Shown in pieces: positions 32,356-42,263 of a DNA stretch of 42,411 nt (position 1 is the first letter of the stretch; the number at the start of each line of letters is the position of its first letter). The stretch spans positions 1-42,411 of the forward strand of contig JANTGE010000002.1 of NCBI GenBank assembly GCA_024763085.1. Direction: 5' to 3'. The translations under genes were made by a program, and so were the position numbers. This DNA comes from Acidimicrobiia bacterium. Lineage in GTDB: Bacteria; Actinomycetota; Acidimicrobiia; Spongiisociales; UBA4744. Below the pieces are notes generated by a model. That model was not told the origin of the DNA. It was given only the letters and a program-made list of their open reading frames with translations, and ran no database searches.

Positions 32356-33200
32356 ACCTGAAGGATGCGTCGGTGGTCATCACCGGATCCACCCGCGGCT
32401 TCGGTCGAGCCACGGCGCAGGTGCTGCACGATCGTGGCGGGCGGGTTGTGGTCTCCGGACGTCGACAAGAGGATGTGGACCGGGTGGTCACCGAGCTCGG
32501 GGAACCGGCCGCCGGACTGGCCTGTGATGTCTCCGACGCCGACCAGGTGTACGCGCTGTCCCGGTTCGCCGTGGAACGGAACGGGCGCATCGACGTGTGG
32601 ATCAACAACGCAGGCGTGTCGCCGCTCCCCGGAGCCGTGCTCGACTTTCCGCCGGAGACCGCCGAAGCGGTCTTCCGGGTCAACTGCCTCGGCACTCTGC
32701 ACGGAACTCATGCCGCGATGCACCACATGAGACAACAGGGGAGCGGCACGATCGTCAACCTCTACGGACGGGGCAGCGACCTGCGCCCAGCGTCGCCCTC
32801 AGGCCTGTATGGAGCGACCAAAGCGTGGATCACCTCGTTCACTCGGACGTTCGCGGCCGAATATGCAGATCTTCCGGTGCGCATCATCGGGTTCAGCCCC
32901 GGGATGATGACGACCGACATGCTGGCCGTCGACCAGGTAGTCGGTCGGCGTATCGTCGAGACCATGCGGCGCTTCCCGATGGCGCTGGAGGCGCTCGGTA
33001 CTCCCCCGGAGGTGCCGGCAGTCGAACTCGCCGACCTCCTCGAACGATCCGAGAAACGATTCGTCGAATACCGGCAGATGCGCGGCTTGCGCAAGGCGCG
33101 CATGCTGGCACGGCTCATCTGGATGGGCATGAACAAGCGGGCACGCCCTCCGGAAGCCACCTTCGAGGTTTTGCCACCCTACGAGCCGCCTGTGGGCTGA
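32352..33200 (+). CDS. SDR-family oxidoreductase
   Basis: VVITGSTRGFGRA (TGxxxGxG), NNAG and YGATKAW (YxxxK). ATGA overlap with the hydrolase stop. Confidence 0.9.
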   Translation: MNLKDASVVITGSTRGFGRATAQVLHDRGGRVVVSGRRQEDVDRVVTELGEPAAGLACDVSDADQVYALSRFAVERNGRIDVWINNAGVSPLPGAVLDFPPETAEAVFRVNCLGTLHGTHAAMHHMRQQGSGTIVNLYGRGSDLRPASPSGLYGATKAWITSFTRTFAAEYADLPVRIIGFSPGMMTTDMLAVDQVVGRRIVETMRRFPMALEALGTPPEVPAVELADLLERSEKRFVEYRQMRGLRKARMLARLIWMGMNKRARPPEATFEVLPPYEPPVG

Positions 33201-33286
33201 GCCGCTCCATGACGCCTCCCCTGGCACGAACCGCGCGGCGACCCGATTTGGGATAACGGCCTCGCCTGGACCACCATGCCCTCCCG

Positions 33287-33898
33287 ATGTTCCGTCGAAC
33301 CCTCCTTTCCCTACTGGTGGTAGCGCTCGCGCTGGCCGGCACCGGGGTGGCGCGCGCCGACCTCGAAGTGCTGCGGTCGGATGACGCCGCCTACGTCGAC
33401 GACCTCGTCACCTTCGGCTATGACAACGGCCGGCTCCCCGACGTGCTCCTCGTCGATGTCGAAGGCAGCCAGGGGGAGTGTCTCCTCGAGGCGGAGGCAT
33501 CTCGCTGGTGGCTGCAACTCGTCGACGCCGCGGCGGCCGATGGGGTGCAGATCGAAGCGGCCTACTGCTACCGCAGTCTCGCCTCCCAACGGCAGACGTA
33601 TGTCCGCAACTGCGGCTCGCTCCACGCTCCGCAGAGCGCCTGCAACAAGGCGACGGCCACCCCGGGCAGGTCGAACCATGGTTGGGGCCGCGCCATCGAC
33701 GTCACCTCGAACGGGGTGCAGTTGAGCTGCCGCAGTGAGGCATTTGGGTGGCTGGCGGAGCACGGAGCCGACTACGGGTGGGTACTTCCGTTCTGGGCCG
33801 TGTGCGGCGGCGATTCACCGGAGCCGTGGCATTGGGAATGGGGCGGCATCGAGATCATCGAGCCGCCGGTGTTTCCGATCGGGATGCAGCCCCGCTAG
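33287..33898 (+). CDS. Secreted M15-family D-alanyl-D-alanine carboxypeptidase (VanY-like)
   Basis: Signal peptide, then SNHGWGRAIDV (SxHxxGxAxD) and EPWHWEW motifs of M15B/VanY peptidases. Confidence 0.85.
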   Translation: MFRRTLLSLLVVALALAGTGVARADLEVLRSDDAAYVDDLVTFGYDNGRLPDVLLVDVEGSQGECLLEAEASRWWLQLVDAAAADGVQIEAAYCYRSLASQRQTYVRNCGSLHAPQSACNKATATPGRSNHGWGRAIDVTSNGVQLSCRSEAFGWLAEHGADYGWVLPFWAVCGGDSPEPWHWEWGGIEIIEPPVFPIGMQPR

Positions 33899-33899
33899 T

Positions 33900-33926
33900 C
33901 CCGGCCGACGCTCCTTGCCGGCCGGG
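33900..33926 (+). terminator. Weak hairpin terminator candidate
   Basis: CCCGGCCG (33900-33907) / CGGCCGGG (33919-33926), an 8-bp stem with an 11-nt loop, immediately after the stop. Confidence 0.3.
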
Positions 33927-34011
33927 GTGCCGCCTGAGAGCCGGATGCGGTGAGCCGCTCGAATGCAGATTCCGCGGCGGCGTGCGGACCCGTGTTGCTG
34001 CCCGGTGGGCT

Positions 34012-34476
34012 CTACTTCTGGTGCGTCTCGCTATTGAACGGCGGTCCTGCCTCGATGGCATCGGCCGGGAACGTGTCTCGGCAGACCTGTAGGGCCATGA
34101 GCCACAGGGCGTCGGCTGCGTCTTCGACCGTCGTTGGTGCCTGATCGGGAGTCCGGCCAGAGAGGAAGGCGGCTTCGTCCTCGGCGATGTACTTGGTGGC
34201 GAGCTCAACCGCGACGGTCTTGTCCCAAACACCCTGGGTGCAGGCTTCGTCGAGCCGCCGCCTCCAGACGGCAGGGTCCAACTGCCGGAGACCAGTCATG
34301 TTTACCCATGTCGAGGACACCGAGCGCAGGGTCGCGTCGCTCACGTCGGCCGGGAACGTTGTGGTGGTCCGGTCGATGTGTGCGCCGGTTGAGCAGCCGC
34401 CTGCCACTGAAGCGAGCATGAGGAAGATGGCGACTCCGATGACCAGCCGGGAACGTGCCGGATTCAAGCGTTCCAC
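34012..34476 (-). CDS. Lipoprotein of unknown function
   Basis: Signal plus lipobox VIGVAIFLMLASVAGGC. 154 aa, no recognised family. Confidence 0.65.
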   Translation of the reverse strand: MERLNPARSRLVIGVAIFLMLASVAGGCSTGAHIDRTTTTFPADVSDATLRSVSSTWVNMTGLRQLDPAVWRRRLDEACTQGVWDKTVAVELATKYIAEDEAAFLSGRTPDQAPTTVEDAADALWLMALQVCRDTFPADAIEAGPPFNSETHQK

Positions 34477-34567
34477 CCACTAGACACTATCTGGTGTGTG
34501 GGGCGACCGCGCCGGTAGCAATCAGCCCGTGGCCACCGCCGCGTCACAAGAAGCCTGCATCTTCAAC

Positions 34568-34599
34568 GACTCGAGGCGGCCCAAAGGCCGCCTCGAGTC
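34568..34599 (-). terminator. Strong GC hairpin terminator candidate downstream of nrdJ
   Basis: Perfect 14-bp stem GACTCGAGGCGGCC / GGCCGCCTCGAGTC with loop CAAA, 30 nt past the nrdJ stop (34629). Confidence 0.6.
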
Positions 34600-34628
34600 C
34601 GTCTCTGTGCGAGTGTGCTGACCCGCTC

Positions 34629-37600
34629 CTACGAACAGCCGGTGGTGTCCCCACAGTTGAGGCACTTGTAGCAGGTGCCGTTGCGGATCGTGATGTGGCC
34701 GCAGGTCGGGCAGAGCGGGGCGTCTCCCATCATGTCGGACAATGCCGCCTGGACCGATGCCGTCGCGACGTCCTTCGTCGCCGTCACGGCAACCGTCTGC
34801 TTCGCCGGTGCTTCGACCACCGCCGCCGGGGTTCCCGGGCCGTGGCCGGGAGCGTCGGCGAAGCGGGCCGCTTCGGCCTGGGCCTCGATGTCTGCCTCCA
34901 TCGCTGCCTCGGTCAGGTCGAGTTGCACGCCGGCGTCGACGGCGAGACCCTTCGGCGGCTCGGGCAGTTCGCTCTCTTGCGGCTTCACCTGAACCAGGTC
35001 GTCCCGACCCAGGTACTCGAGTCCGAGCGCCCGGAACACGTAGTCCACGATCGAGTTCGACATCTTGATGTTCGGATGTCCCTCCACCATGCCTCGTGGT
35101 TCGAACGTCTGGAAGGTGAACGTGTCGACGAACTCGCTCAGCGGCACCCCATATTGGAGGCCCTTCGACACGGCGATGGCGAAACACGACAGGATGCCTC
35201 GCAACGTCGCGCCTTCTTTGGCCAGGTCGATGAACACCTCGCCGAGGGTGCCGTCGGCATATTCGCCGGTGCGGAGGAACACCTTGTGGCCGCCGATGCG
35301 TGCCTCCTGGGTCCACCCGCTGCGCCGAGCCGGCAGCAGGAAGCGCGGCGGACGCATCCCCTGGGCGTACGCCTGCGTCGGAGACATGCCGGCGGGGATC
35401 TGGCCCCACGCGATGTGCTTTTCGGTCTCCAGCGCCTCCGTCACCTCGGGCAGTTCGTCCTCTTCGCCACCGTCGTCGCTCGATGCCGACAACGGCTGAG
35501 ACGCCTTCGACCCGTCCCGGTAGAGGGCCATCGCCTTCAAGCCGAGATCCGCGGACATCATGTAGGCGTTCTCGATCTCTTCGATCGTCGCCTCGTTCGG
35601 CATGTTGATGGTCTTCGAGATGGCACCGGTGATGAACGGCTGCACCGCGGCCATCATCTTGATGTGGCCCGTGTAGTGGATGAACCGCTCTCCATGCTTG
35701 CCGTTGCGGTTCGCGGTGTCGAACACCGCCAGGTGCTCCGGACGCAACCTGGGCGCCCCCTCGATCGTCTGGTAGCCACAGATCACGTCGTTCGCTTCGG
35801 TGATCTCCCGGCGGGAGAAACCCAGTTCGGACAGCAGGTCGAAGTCGAACGCCGTGTAGTCCTCCGGAGACAGGCCGATCGCCTGCAAGGCCTCTTCACC
35901 GGTGACGAACACGTTGAACGCGTGGCGCAGTTCGAACACGCTCGGCAGCGTCGCCTCGATGCGGTCGATGACCTCGTCGGTCAGGCCCTTGTCTCGCAGG
36001 CTTTCCCGGTTGATGTGCGGCGACCCGTCCAGCGACGACGTGCCAACCACGTAGGTGACGATCTCGTCGATGTCCTGCTCCGAGTAACCGAGCCTCCGCA
36101 GCGCCGGGGCGATCGACTGGTTGGCGATCTTGAAGTAGCCGCCACCGGCCAGCTTCTTGAACTTCACCAACGCGAAGTCCGGTTCGACGCCGGTCGTGTC
36201 GCAATCCATCAGCAGACCGATCGTGCCGGTCGGTGCCAGCACGCTCACCTGCGCGTTGCGGTAGCCATGGTGCTCGCCCATGCGCAGCGCCTCGTCCCAG
36301 GCAAGCCGGGCCGCGTCTCGCAGCGGGGCAGGGCACAGGTCCTGGTCGATTCCGAGCACCTGGTGGGAAATCTGCTCGAAGTCCGTCTCGCCGTAGGCGG
36401 CCCGACGGTGGTTGCGGATCACCCGCAGCATCGAGTCCCGATTCTCCGAGAACTTCGGGAACGGCCCCAGCGCGCCGGCCAGTTCGGCGGACGTCCGGTA
36501 GGCGATGCCGGTGAGGATCGCCGTCAGGGCGCCGGCGATGGCCCGGCCGTCGTCTGAGTCATATGGGTAGCCGGATCGCATCAGCAGCGAACCCAGATTT
36601 GCGTAGCCGAGTCCCAGTGTGCGGTAGTCGTACGAGCCGCGGGCAATCTCCTTCGATGGGAAGTGCGCCATCGTCACCGAGATCTCCAGCACCATCGTCC
36701 ACAGGCGGATGGCGTGTTCGTACGCCTCGATGTCGAACCGTCCCGTTTCGTCGTCGTAGAACTTCACGAGGTTGAGGCTCGCCAGGTTGCAGGCGGTGTC
36801 GTCGAGGAACATGTACTCGGAGCAGGGGTTGGATGCCCGAATCTCTCCGCCCGCCGGGCAGGTGTGCCACTCGTTGATCGTCGTGTGGAACTGCATGCCC
36901 GGGTCGGCGCATACCCACGCCGCGTCGGCGATCTGGTTCCACAGATCCCGGGCTTTCACCGTCTTGCGGACCTTGCCGGTGGTGCGTTCGACGAGGTCCC
37001 AGTCGCCGTCGTTCTTCACTGCGTCGATGAACGCCTGGGTGGCGCGCACCGAGTTGTTCGAGTTCTGTCCCGACACGGTCTGGTACGCCTCGCCGTTGAA
37101 GTCGGCCGGGAGGCCGCCGTGCTGGATGAGGACCTTGGCCTTTTCCTCCTCGAGCTTCTTCCAGTTGATGAACTCCTCGATGTCCGGATGGTCCATGTCG
37201 AGGATCACCATCTTGGCGGCGCGACGTGTCGTCCCGCCCGACTTGATGGCGCCGGCAGCCCGATCGCCGATTTTGAGGAACGACATGACGCCAGAGCTCT
37301 TGCCGCCGCCCGACAGCGGTTCGCCTTCGGCCCGGATCGCGGAGAAGTTCGAACCGGCGCCGGCACCGAACTTGAAGAGGCGGGCTTCCCGAACCCACAG
37401 GTCCATGATGCCGCCTTCTCCGACGAGGTCGTCCTTGACGCTGTTGATGAAGCAGGCGTGGGGGGCCGGGTGACTGTACGAGTCGGGGGAGGGAACCACC
37501 TCGTCGGTCTCCGGATCCACGTACCAGAATCCCTGTTCGGGGCCGGTCAGTCCATACGCCCAGTTGAGGCCGGTGTTGAACCACTGGGGACTGTTCGGCG

Positions 37601-38009
37601 CCGCCATCTGGTGGGCCAGCATGTACTTGAGTTCGTCTTCGAAGTTGCTGGCGTCCTCTTCCGAGGCGAAGTAGCCATTCGTCTCGCCCCAGTGCCGCCA
37701 GGTTCCGGCGAGACGGTCGAACACCTGCCGGGCCGACCGTTCCGGGCCGAGGACCGGGCTGCCGCCGTCATCGAGCATCGGGTTGCCGTCGTCATCGAAC
37801 TGAGGCACGCCGGCTTTACGGAAGTACTTCGACACCATGATGTCGCCGGCGACCTGAGACCAGTCGGCCGGTATCTCGGCTCCGGTCATCTCGAACACGA
37901 TCGAGCCGTCCGGGTTGGTGATACGGGTGTCCCGTCGCTCCCACTCGATGCCTTCGTAAGGATCGGCGCCTGCAAAACGGCGGGTGATGCGCAGCCCGTC
38001 TCCACTCAT
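34629..38009 (-). CDS. nrdJ: Adenosylcobalamin-dependent (class II) ribonucleoside-diphosphate reductase with C-terminal Cys-rich zinc-finger tail
   Basis: Typical NrdJ blocks (DPYEGIEWERRD, NSPQWFNTG, SNPCSEYMFLDDTACNLASLNL, ISKTINMP) and tail CPTCGHITIRNGTCYKCLNCGDTTGCS. ATG 38009 preceded by GGAGGGAG (5-nt spacer). Confidence 0.97.
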   Translation of the reverse strand: MSGDGLRITRRFAGADPYEGIEWERRDTRITNPDGSIVFEMTGAEIPADWSQVAGDIMVSKYFRKAGVPQFDDDGNPMLDDGGSPVLGPERSARQVFDRLAGTWRHWGETNGYFASEEDASNFEDELKYMLAHQMAAPNSPQWFNTGLNWAYGLTGPEQGFWYVDPETDEVVPSPDSYSHPAPHACFINSVKDDLVGEGGIMDLWVREARLFKFGAGAGSNFSAIRAEGEPLSGGGKSSGVMSFLKIGDRAAGAIKSGGTTRRAAKMVILDMDHPDIEEFINWKKLEEEKAKVLIQHGGLPADFNGEAYQTVSGQNSNNSVRATQAFIDAVKNDGDWDLVERTTGKVRKTVKARDLWNQIADAAWVCADPGMQFHTTINEWHTCPAGGEIRASNPCSEYMFLDDTACNLASLNLVKFYDDETGRFDIEAYEHAIRLWTMVLEISVTMAHFPSKEIARGSYDYRTLGLGYANLGSLLMRSGYPYDSDDGRAIAGALTAILTGIAYRTSAELAGALGPFPKFSENRDSMLRVIRNHRRAAYGETDFEQISHQVLGIDQDLCPAPLRDAARLAWDEALRMGEHHGYRNAQVSVLAPTGTIGLLMDCDTTGVEPDFALVKFKKLAGGGYFKIANQSIAPALRRLGYSEQDIDEIVTYVVGTSSLDGSPHINRESLRDKGLTDEVIDRIEATLPSVFELRHAFNVFVTGEEALQAIGLSPEDYTAFDFDLLSELGFSRREITEANDVICGYQTIEGAPRLRPEHLAVFDTANRNGKHGERFIHYTGHIKMMAAVQPFITGAISKTINMPNEATIEEIENAYMMSADLGLKAMALYRDGSKASQPLSASSDDGGEEDELPEVTEALETEKHIAWGQIPAGMSPTQAYAQGMRPPRFLLPARRSGWTQEARIGGHKVFLRTGEYADGTLGEVFIDLAKEGATLRGILSCFAIAVSKGLQYGVPLSEFVDTFTFQTFEPRGMVEGHPNIKMSNSIVDYVFRALGLEYLGRDDLVQVKPQESELPEPPKGLAVDAGVQLDLTEAAMEADIEAQAEAARFADAPGHGPGTPAAVVEAPAKQTVAVTATKDVATASVQAALSDMMGDAPLCPTCGHITIRNGTCYKCLNCGDTTGCS

Positions 38010-38050
38010 GGGTACTCCCTCCAATATCTTCTTCTACAACCGGCCTCAAA

Positions 38051-38098
38051 CCACTAGATGTTGTGGTGGGAGGGGAAGTGAACCACGAGATCTAGTGT
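38051..38098 (-). promoter_or_regulatory. Two tandem NrdR-box candidates in the nrdJ leader
   Basis: CCACTAGATGTTGTGG (38051-38066) and CCACGAGATCTAGTGT (38083-38098). Both are 16-bp imperfect palindromes resembling the NrdR consensus acaCwAtATaTwGtgt. Their starts are 32 nt apart (about 3 helical turns). Confidence 0.6.
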
Positions 38099-38110
38099 CA
38101 GGGGTGGAAC

Positions 38111-38140
38111 ACTCTAATCACACGGATGTAACTACGTCAA
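38111..38140 (-). promoter_or_regulatory. Candidate sigma-70-type promoter of nrdJ
   Basis: On the minus strand: TTGACG (38140-38135), 18-nt spacer, TAGAGT (38116-38111), immediately upstream of the NrdR boxes. Confidence 0.4.
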
Positions 38141-38233
38141 TGGTATCAGGGGACCATTTTCGCGCTATTTTCCGCGGCTACCACACCGTCAGCGCGGGGA
38201 AGCAGGCGGCACTCTACGACAGGCAGCCCGAGG

Positions 38234-38265
38234 CGCGAAAACCAGATCGAGGGAGGGTTTTCGCG
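38234..38265 (-). terminator. Hairpin terminator candidate after the epimerase gene
   Basis: CGCGAAAACC (38234-38243) / GGTTTTCGCG (38256-38265), a perfect 10-bp stem with a 12-nt loop, 5 nt past the stop at 38270. Confidence 0.45.
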
Positions 38266-38269
38266 ACGA

Positions 38270-39301
38270 TCACAGGTCCAGGGTCAGGTCGGGGAGGGCG
38301 GCGTCTTCGGCGGCATAGTCGAAACGATATGGCGGCAGTTCGTCCGGCAGATGGGCGATCTCCCACTCGATGGTCCGGCGCATGGCCTCTTCGAGTGCAA
38401 TCGGCTCGGAGAATCCCAGATCCGCCCTGATGCGACTCGTGTCGACCACAAACGGCTGACCAAACTCGATGTCCAACCGAAGATGCTCGGGGAGGTGGTC
38501 CTCCGGGAGCACCACCGCCTCGCCGTCCCAGCCGGTTGCGCCGCCGATCGCCTCGATCCAGGCGGTCTCGGTCAGCGCTTCCGGTTCGGCCACGTTGTAG
38601 ACACGGCCGGCGGCGCGGTCATCCGAGACAGCCTCCACCACCGCGGCGGCGACGTTGCCGACGAAACTGCGGCTCGTGCGCCACGACGCCATTGCTTCTC
38701 CGACGAGGATGACTGGCCGTCCATCCAGCATCCGCTTGAGGTAGGGGTACGGCCGGTGCTGGTAGTCGTCCGGGCCGTACACCATCGGGAGGCGCAAGAT
38801 CGTGCCGGGGAGCTCCGGTTCGGCCAGGTAGGTCTGTTCCACCGGAATCTTGTCGTAGTCATACAGCCGGCTGTCAGGCTCCACTTGGCTGCGGTAGGGA
38901 TACCACTCCCGTCGCAGCTCGGCGTCCTCGGTCAGCGGAACCGGGACCGGAGGACCCGGATCGACCCCCCGGAGGATGTCGTAGGCCCGGTAGACGTCCT
39001 GGCTCGAAATGGCGACGATCCGGTTGGCGATCCCACGAAACGTCATCACGGTGTCGATCGCCTCGCCTCGGTTGATAGGAACCATGTCGACCACCACGTC
39101 GGGGCCGATCCGGGCAAACGCGTCGCGATGGTCGAGGATCGCTGAACGGTCACCATGCAGGTGACGCACCGGAGGCAGCCCCTCCGGTTCTGTCTCGCCG
39201 CGGTGAAAGAGCGTGACGTCGAAGCCGGCATCTACCAGCGCATCGACCGTATGCCTGCCGATGAACCGGGTGCCGCCGATCACGAGCACGGAACCAGCCA
39301 T
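38270..39301 (-). CDS. NAD-dependent epimerase/dehydratase family protein
   Basis: N-terminal Rossmann VLVIGGTRFIGRHTVDALVDAGFDVTLFHRG. Extended-SDR-like length and layout. Confidence 0.9.
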   Translation of the reverse strand: MAGSVLVIGGTRFIGRHTVDALVDAGFDVTLFHRGETEPEGLPPVRHLHGDRSAILDHRDAFARIGPDVVVDMVPINRGEAIDTVMTFRGIANRIVAISSQDVYRAYDILRGVDPGPPVPVPLTEDAELRREWYPYRSQVEPDSRLYDYDKIPVEQTYLAEPELPGTILRLPMVYGPDDYQHRPYPYLKRMLDGRPVILVGEAMASWRTSRSFVGNVAAAVVEAVSDDRAAGRVYNVAEPEALTETAWIEAIGGATGWDGEAVVLPEDHLPEHLRLDIEFGQPFVVDTSRIRADLGFSEPIALEEAMRRTIEWEIAHLPDELPPYRFDYAAEDAALPDLTLDL

Positions 39302-39370
39302 GCTCCGACCCTACTCCTCGCTCCGATGACTGCACTGGCATGATGCAGGTCTGCGTGGCAGGCTTTCGTC

Positions 39371-39952
39371 ATGCGTAGCCTCTTCGACTCGCCGCCGGTT
39401 CGCTCGGTCGGCCGCACGCTGCTGGTCGGTGTCGTGTGGAGCATTGTCATCGTGCTCGTCTCCGCGGCCCTCCTCGGCGTGGTGTCGTTGATCGCCGGTG
39501 GTGTTGCCCTGCTTACCTCCGGACCGGCCGTGGAGACGATGGCGAACGCGGCCCGGACCGCGGCGTGGGTCATCGGGAGTCTCGACGTGGTCGTACTCGT
39601 GTGGGTGGTCGCCTACGCCTCCACCGGATGGGGTTCGCGCCGTCGCACCCTGCTTGGCGCCGCTGCCGGTCTCGGAATCGCCATCGGATATCTCTTGCTC
39701 GGCTCCTTCGGTGGTCCTATGGCAGGACTGGCGATCGGCTGGGGAGTCGTCATCCCGGCGGAACGACCTGGCAGAGTCGCGGCCCGGGTCATCCCGGCAG
39801 TGATCGCGGCCGTCTTCGCCCCAGGCTCGGCCTCGCCGGGACCCGGCGTGATCGTCGCGACGGCGGTGCTCTCCGCGCCGATCGCCGCGCTCTTCGTCTA
39901 CCTCGGCGACGCCGTCTGGTCGCTGGTCGCCAGGCGCCTGCAGGCAGACTGA
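39371..39952 (+). CDS. Hypothetical integral membrane protein
   Basis: 193 aa with 5-6 hydrophobic Gly/Ala/Val-rich segments. No recognised family. Confidence 0.6.
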   Translation: MRSLFDSPPVRSVGRTLLVGVVWSIVIVLVSAALLGVVSLIAGGVALLTSGPAVETMANAARTAAWVIGSLDVVVLVWVVAYASTGWGSRRRTLLGAAAGLGIAIGYLLLGSFGGPMAGLAIGWGVVIPAERPGRVAARVIPAVIAAVFAPGSASPGPGVIVATAVLSAPIAALFVYLGDAVWSLVARRLQAD

Positions 39953-40031
39953 ATCGGGACGTTCGGCGGCCGTTCGGCCATGGTCGCGGGCGTCGCCGTG
40001 GCGTAGTTTTGGACATGACCGAGGAGGTGTC

Positions 40032-41162
40032 ATGACCGACAAGACCGCCGACCTCGCCGGACCCGGCATCGGCAGCTACGAAGAGCTCGAGAAGATCCTG
40101 CCGAACGACTACAAGCCCCTGCTCGACCCGCGAGAGACCATGGAGGCGCTCTACCGGGCCAAACGACGCATCGAGGACCGCCTCTGCGAAGAGCTCAACC
40201 TGCAGATGGTGCAGGTGCCGCTCATCGTCGACGTGAAGTCCGGAGTGAACGACATGCTCGACCGGGACGGATCCCGCACCCCGATCCAATTCCACATCTC
40301 CAACGACCACGACCAGCATCCGATCGACGCCCAGGTGGTCCAGGCCGCCACCAAATGGAAGCGGATGGCGCTCGCCCAGTTCGGAATGGGGGTCGGGGAG
40401 GGTCTCCTCACCGACATGCGGGCCGTCCGCAAGGACTACTTCCTCGACCACGACCACAGCGCCTACGTCGACCAGTGGGACTGGGAGCGGGCGATGACCG
40501 CCGAGCAGCGCAACCTGGACTTCCTCACCGACACCGTCAAACGCATCTGGAAGGTGCTCTACGAGGCGTACGTCTTCCTCATGGACGAGTATCCGGCGCT
40601 GACCGACGACCGCTACCCACCGATGCCGGAGGAGCTCACCTTCCTTCACGCCGAGGACATCCTCGACCGGTATCCAGACCTGCCTCGTAAGCAGCGGGAG
40701 ACCGCCATCCTCCAGGAGTATCCGGCCGTCTTCATCTATGGGATCGGCTGGCCGCTGAAGGACGGCTACCCGCACGAGATGCGGGCTGCCGACTACGACG
40801 ACTGGATCACCCCGACCGTGTCGGCCGACGGGCGTCCGATGCACGGCCTCAACGGCGACATCCTGGTGTGGAATCCGGTGACCCGGCGCCGCCACGAACT
40901 GACCTCGATGGGGATCAGGGTGACGAAAGAGACACTGGTACAGCAGTTGGAGATGGCCGGGCAGCTCGACTTTCTCGAATACCCGTATCACCAGGCGATC
41001 ATGAACGATGAGATCCCGCTCTCCGTCGGCGGTGGCATCGGCCAGTCACGGACGTTCATGTACCTGCTGCGCAAGGCACATCTGGGTGAGGTGAGCGTGT
41101 CGGTGTGGCCGCAGATCCTCAAAGACATGTGCGCGGTGCGGAACATTCATGTATTGGAGTAG
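40032..41162 (+). CDS. asnA: Aspartate-ammonia ligase (asparagine synthetase A)
   Basis: GAGGAGG RBS. The blocks VQVPLIV...DRDGSRTPIQF, QAATKWKRMAL, DMRAVRKDYFLDHDHSAYVDQWDWE and GGGIGQSR are characteristic of AsnA (class II aaRS-like). Confidence 0.9.
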   Translation: MTDKTADLAGPGIGSYEELEKILPNDYKPLLDPRETMEALYRAKRRIEDRLCEELNLQMVQVPLIVDVKSGVNDMLDRDGSRTPIQFHISNDHDQHPIDAQVVQAATKWKRMALAQFGMGVGEGLLTDMRAVRKDYFLDHDHSAYVDQWDWERAMTAEQRNLDFLTDTVKRIWKVLYEAYVFLMDEYPALTDDRYPPMPEELTFLHAEDILDRYPDLPRKQRETAILQEYPAVFIYGIGWPLKDGYPHEMRAADYDDWITPTVSADGRPMHGLNGDILVWNPVTRRRHELTSMGIRVTKETLVQQLEMAGQLDFLEYPYHQAIMNDEIPLSVGGGIGQSRTFMYLLRKAHLGEVSVSVWPQILKDMCAVRNIHVLE

Positions 41163-41197
41163 GAGCCCGTTGAACGAGACGCGGTAGCCTGAGGTCG

Positions 41198-42256
41198 ATG
41201 CGTGCCATAGTGAAACCGTCGGCCGGTCCTGGCCTGGAGATGGTCGACGTACCCATGCCGAAGGTCGGACCCGACGATGTCCTCCTTCAGGTCAAGGCCA
41301 CCTCCATCTGCGGAACCGACCTGCACATCCGCAGCTGGGATCCCTGGGCGGCTGCCCACGTGCGGCCACCGCTCGTCGTCGGTCACGAGATGTGCGGGAT
41401 CGTGGTCGACAAGGGAGCCAACGCCGACGGTCCCGAAGTCGGCCAGCTCGTGTCGGTCGAATCCCATGTCGTGTGTGGCCGGTGCCGGTTCTGTCGAACC
41501 GGAAAAGGGCACCTGTGTGAGAACACCCAGATCCTCGGGGTGCACCGCGACGGCGTGTATGCCGAATACGTGGCCGTGCCGGCGATCAACGCCTGGCCCG
41601 ACCCGCCCGACATGCCCTACTCGATCGCCTCGCTCCAGGAGAACTTCGGGAATGCAGTACACACGGTGTCCGTGCCCGACGTCGCCGGGCGGAAGGTGCT
41701 CGTCACCGGCTGCGGGCCCGTCGGGGTGATGGCGATCGCCGCCGCCAAGGCACTGGGTGCCCGGCTGATCGTCGCGAGCGACCTCAGTGACTACCGACTG
41801 AAGCTGGCGGCGACCATGGGAGCCGACATCACCCTCAACCCGACCCGGGACGACGTGCACGGAACCGTCATGGACCTCACCGAAGGTGAGGGCGTCGACG
41901 TGCTCCTGGAGATGTCGGGGGCGCCGCCGGCCATCGCCGAAGGGTTCAAGGCGCTCGTCAAAGGCGGCGAGGCCGCGCTGCTCGGTCTGACCTCGCACCC
42001 GATTCAGTTCGACCTCGACGACAACGTCATCTTCAAGGGGGCGTCCGTACATGGCATCGTCGGTCGCAAGCTGTGGGACACGTGGTACGAGATGCGTGGT
42101 CTGCTGCGTTCGGGCGCCGTCGACCTGACCCCGGTCGTGACCCACCGTTTCGCCCTCGATGATTTCGAAAAAGCGTTTGATCTGATGGAATCCGGCGAGT
42201 GCGGCAAGGTCGTGATGTTCCCCGACCCGTCCGACGCCGATGGACCGTTGAGCTGA
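41198..42256 (+). CDS. tdh: L-threonine 3-dehydrogenase (Zn-dependent MDR family)
   Basis: [16 protein letters not shown], the [10 protein letters not shown] structural Zn site, and GCGPVG NAD fold. Followed by kbl, as in canonical tdh-kbl operons. Confidence 0.93.
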   Translation: MRAIVKPSAGPGLEMVDVPMPKVGPDDVLLQVKATSICGTDLHIRSWDPWAAAHVRPPLVVGHEMCGIVVDKGANADGPEVGQLVSVESHVVCGRCRFCRTGKGHLCENTQILGVHRDGVYAEYVAVPAINAWPDPPDMPYSIASLQENFGNAVHTVSVPDVAGRKVLVTGCGPVGVMAIAAAKALGARLIVASDLSDYRLKLAATMGADITLNPTRDDVHGTVMDLTEGEGVDVLLEMSGAPPAIAEGFKALVKGGEAALLGLTSHPIQFDLDDNVIFKGASVHGIVGRKLWDTWYEMRGLLRSGAVDLTPVVTHRFALDDFEKAFDLMESGECGKVVMFPDPSDADGPLS

Positions 42257-42263
42257 GGTGACC

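Noticed and set aside
34629-38009. Intein or insertion in the 1126-aa NrdJ
   Set aside because: No intein block motifs (Cys/Ser-start ... HN-Cys/Ser/Thr end, or endonuclease motifs) were seen. The extra length is an Ala/Glu-rich linker plus the known C-terminal Cys-rich zinc-finger tail.
34455-38057. Two very long plus-strand ORFs (34455..36557, 700 aa; 36663..38057, 464 aa) covering the nrdJ locus
   Set aside because: They are antisense to an unmistakable class II RNR gene. Their products are Arg/Gly/Val/His-rich with no motifs. Such stop-free antisense frames are expected in high-GC DNA with GC3-rich codons.
38100-38233. Possible cobalamin riboswitch upstream of the B12-dependent nrdJ
   Set aside because: I could find no B12-box-like GCCACTG core or the conserved AGGGAA/GGTG elements. 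The region is better explained by a promoter plus NrdR boxes. Riboswitch control is typical of B12-independent isozymes, not of nrdJ.
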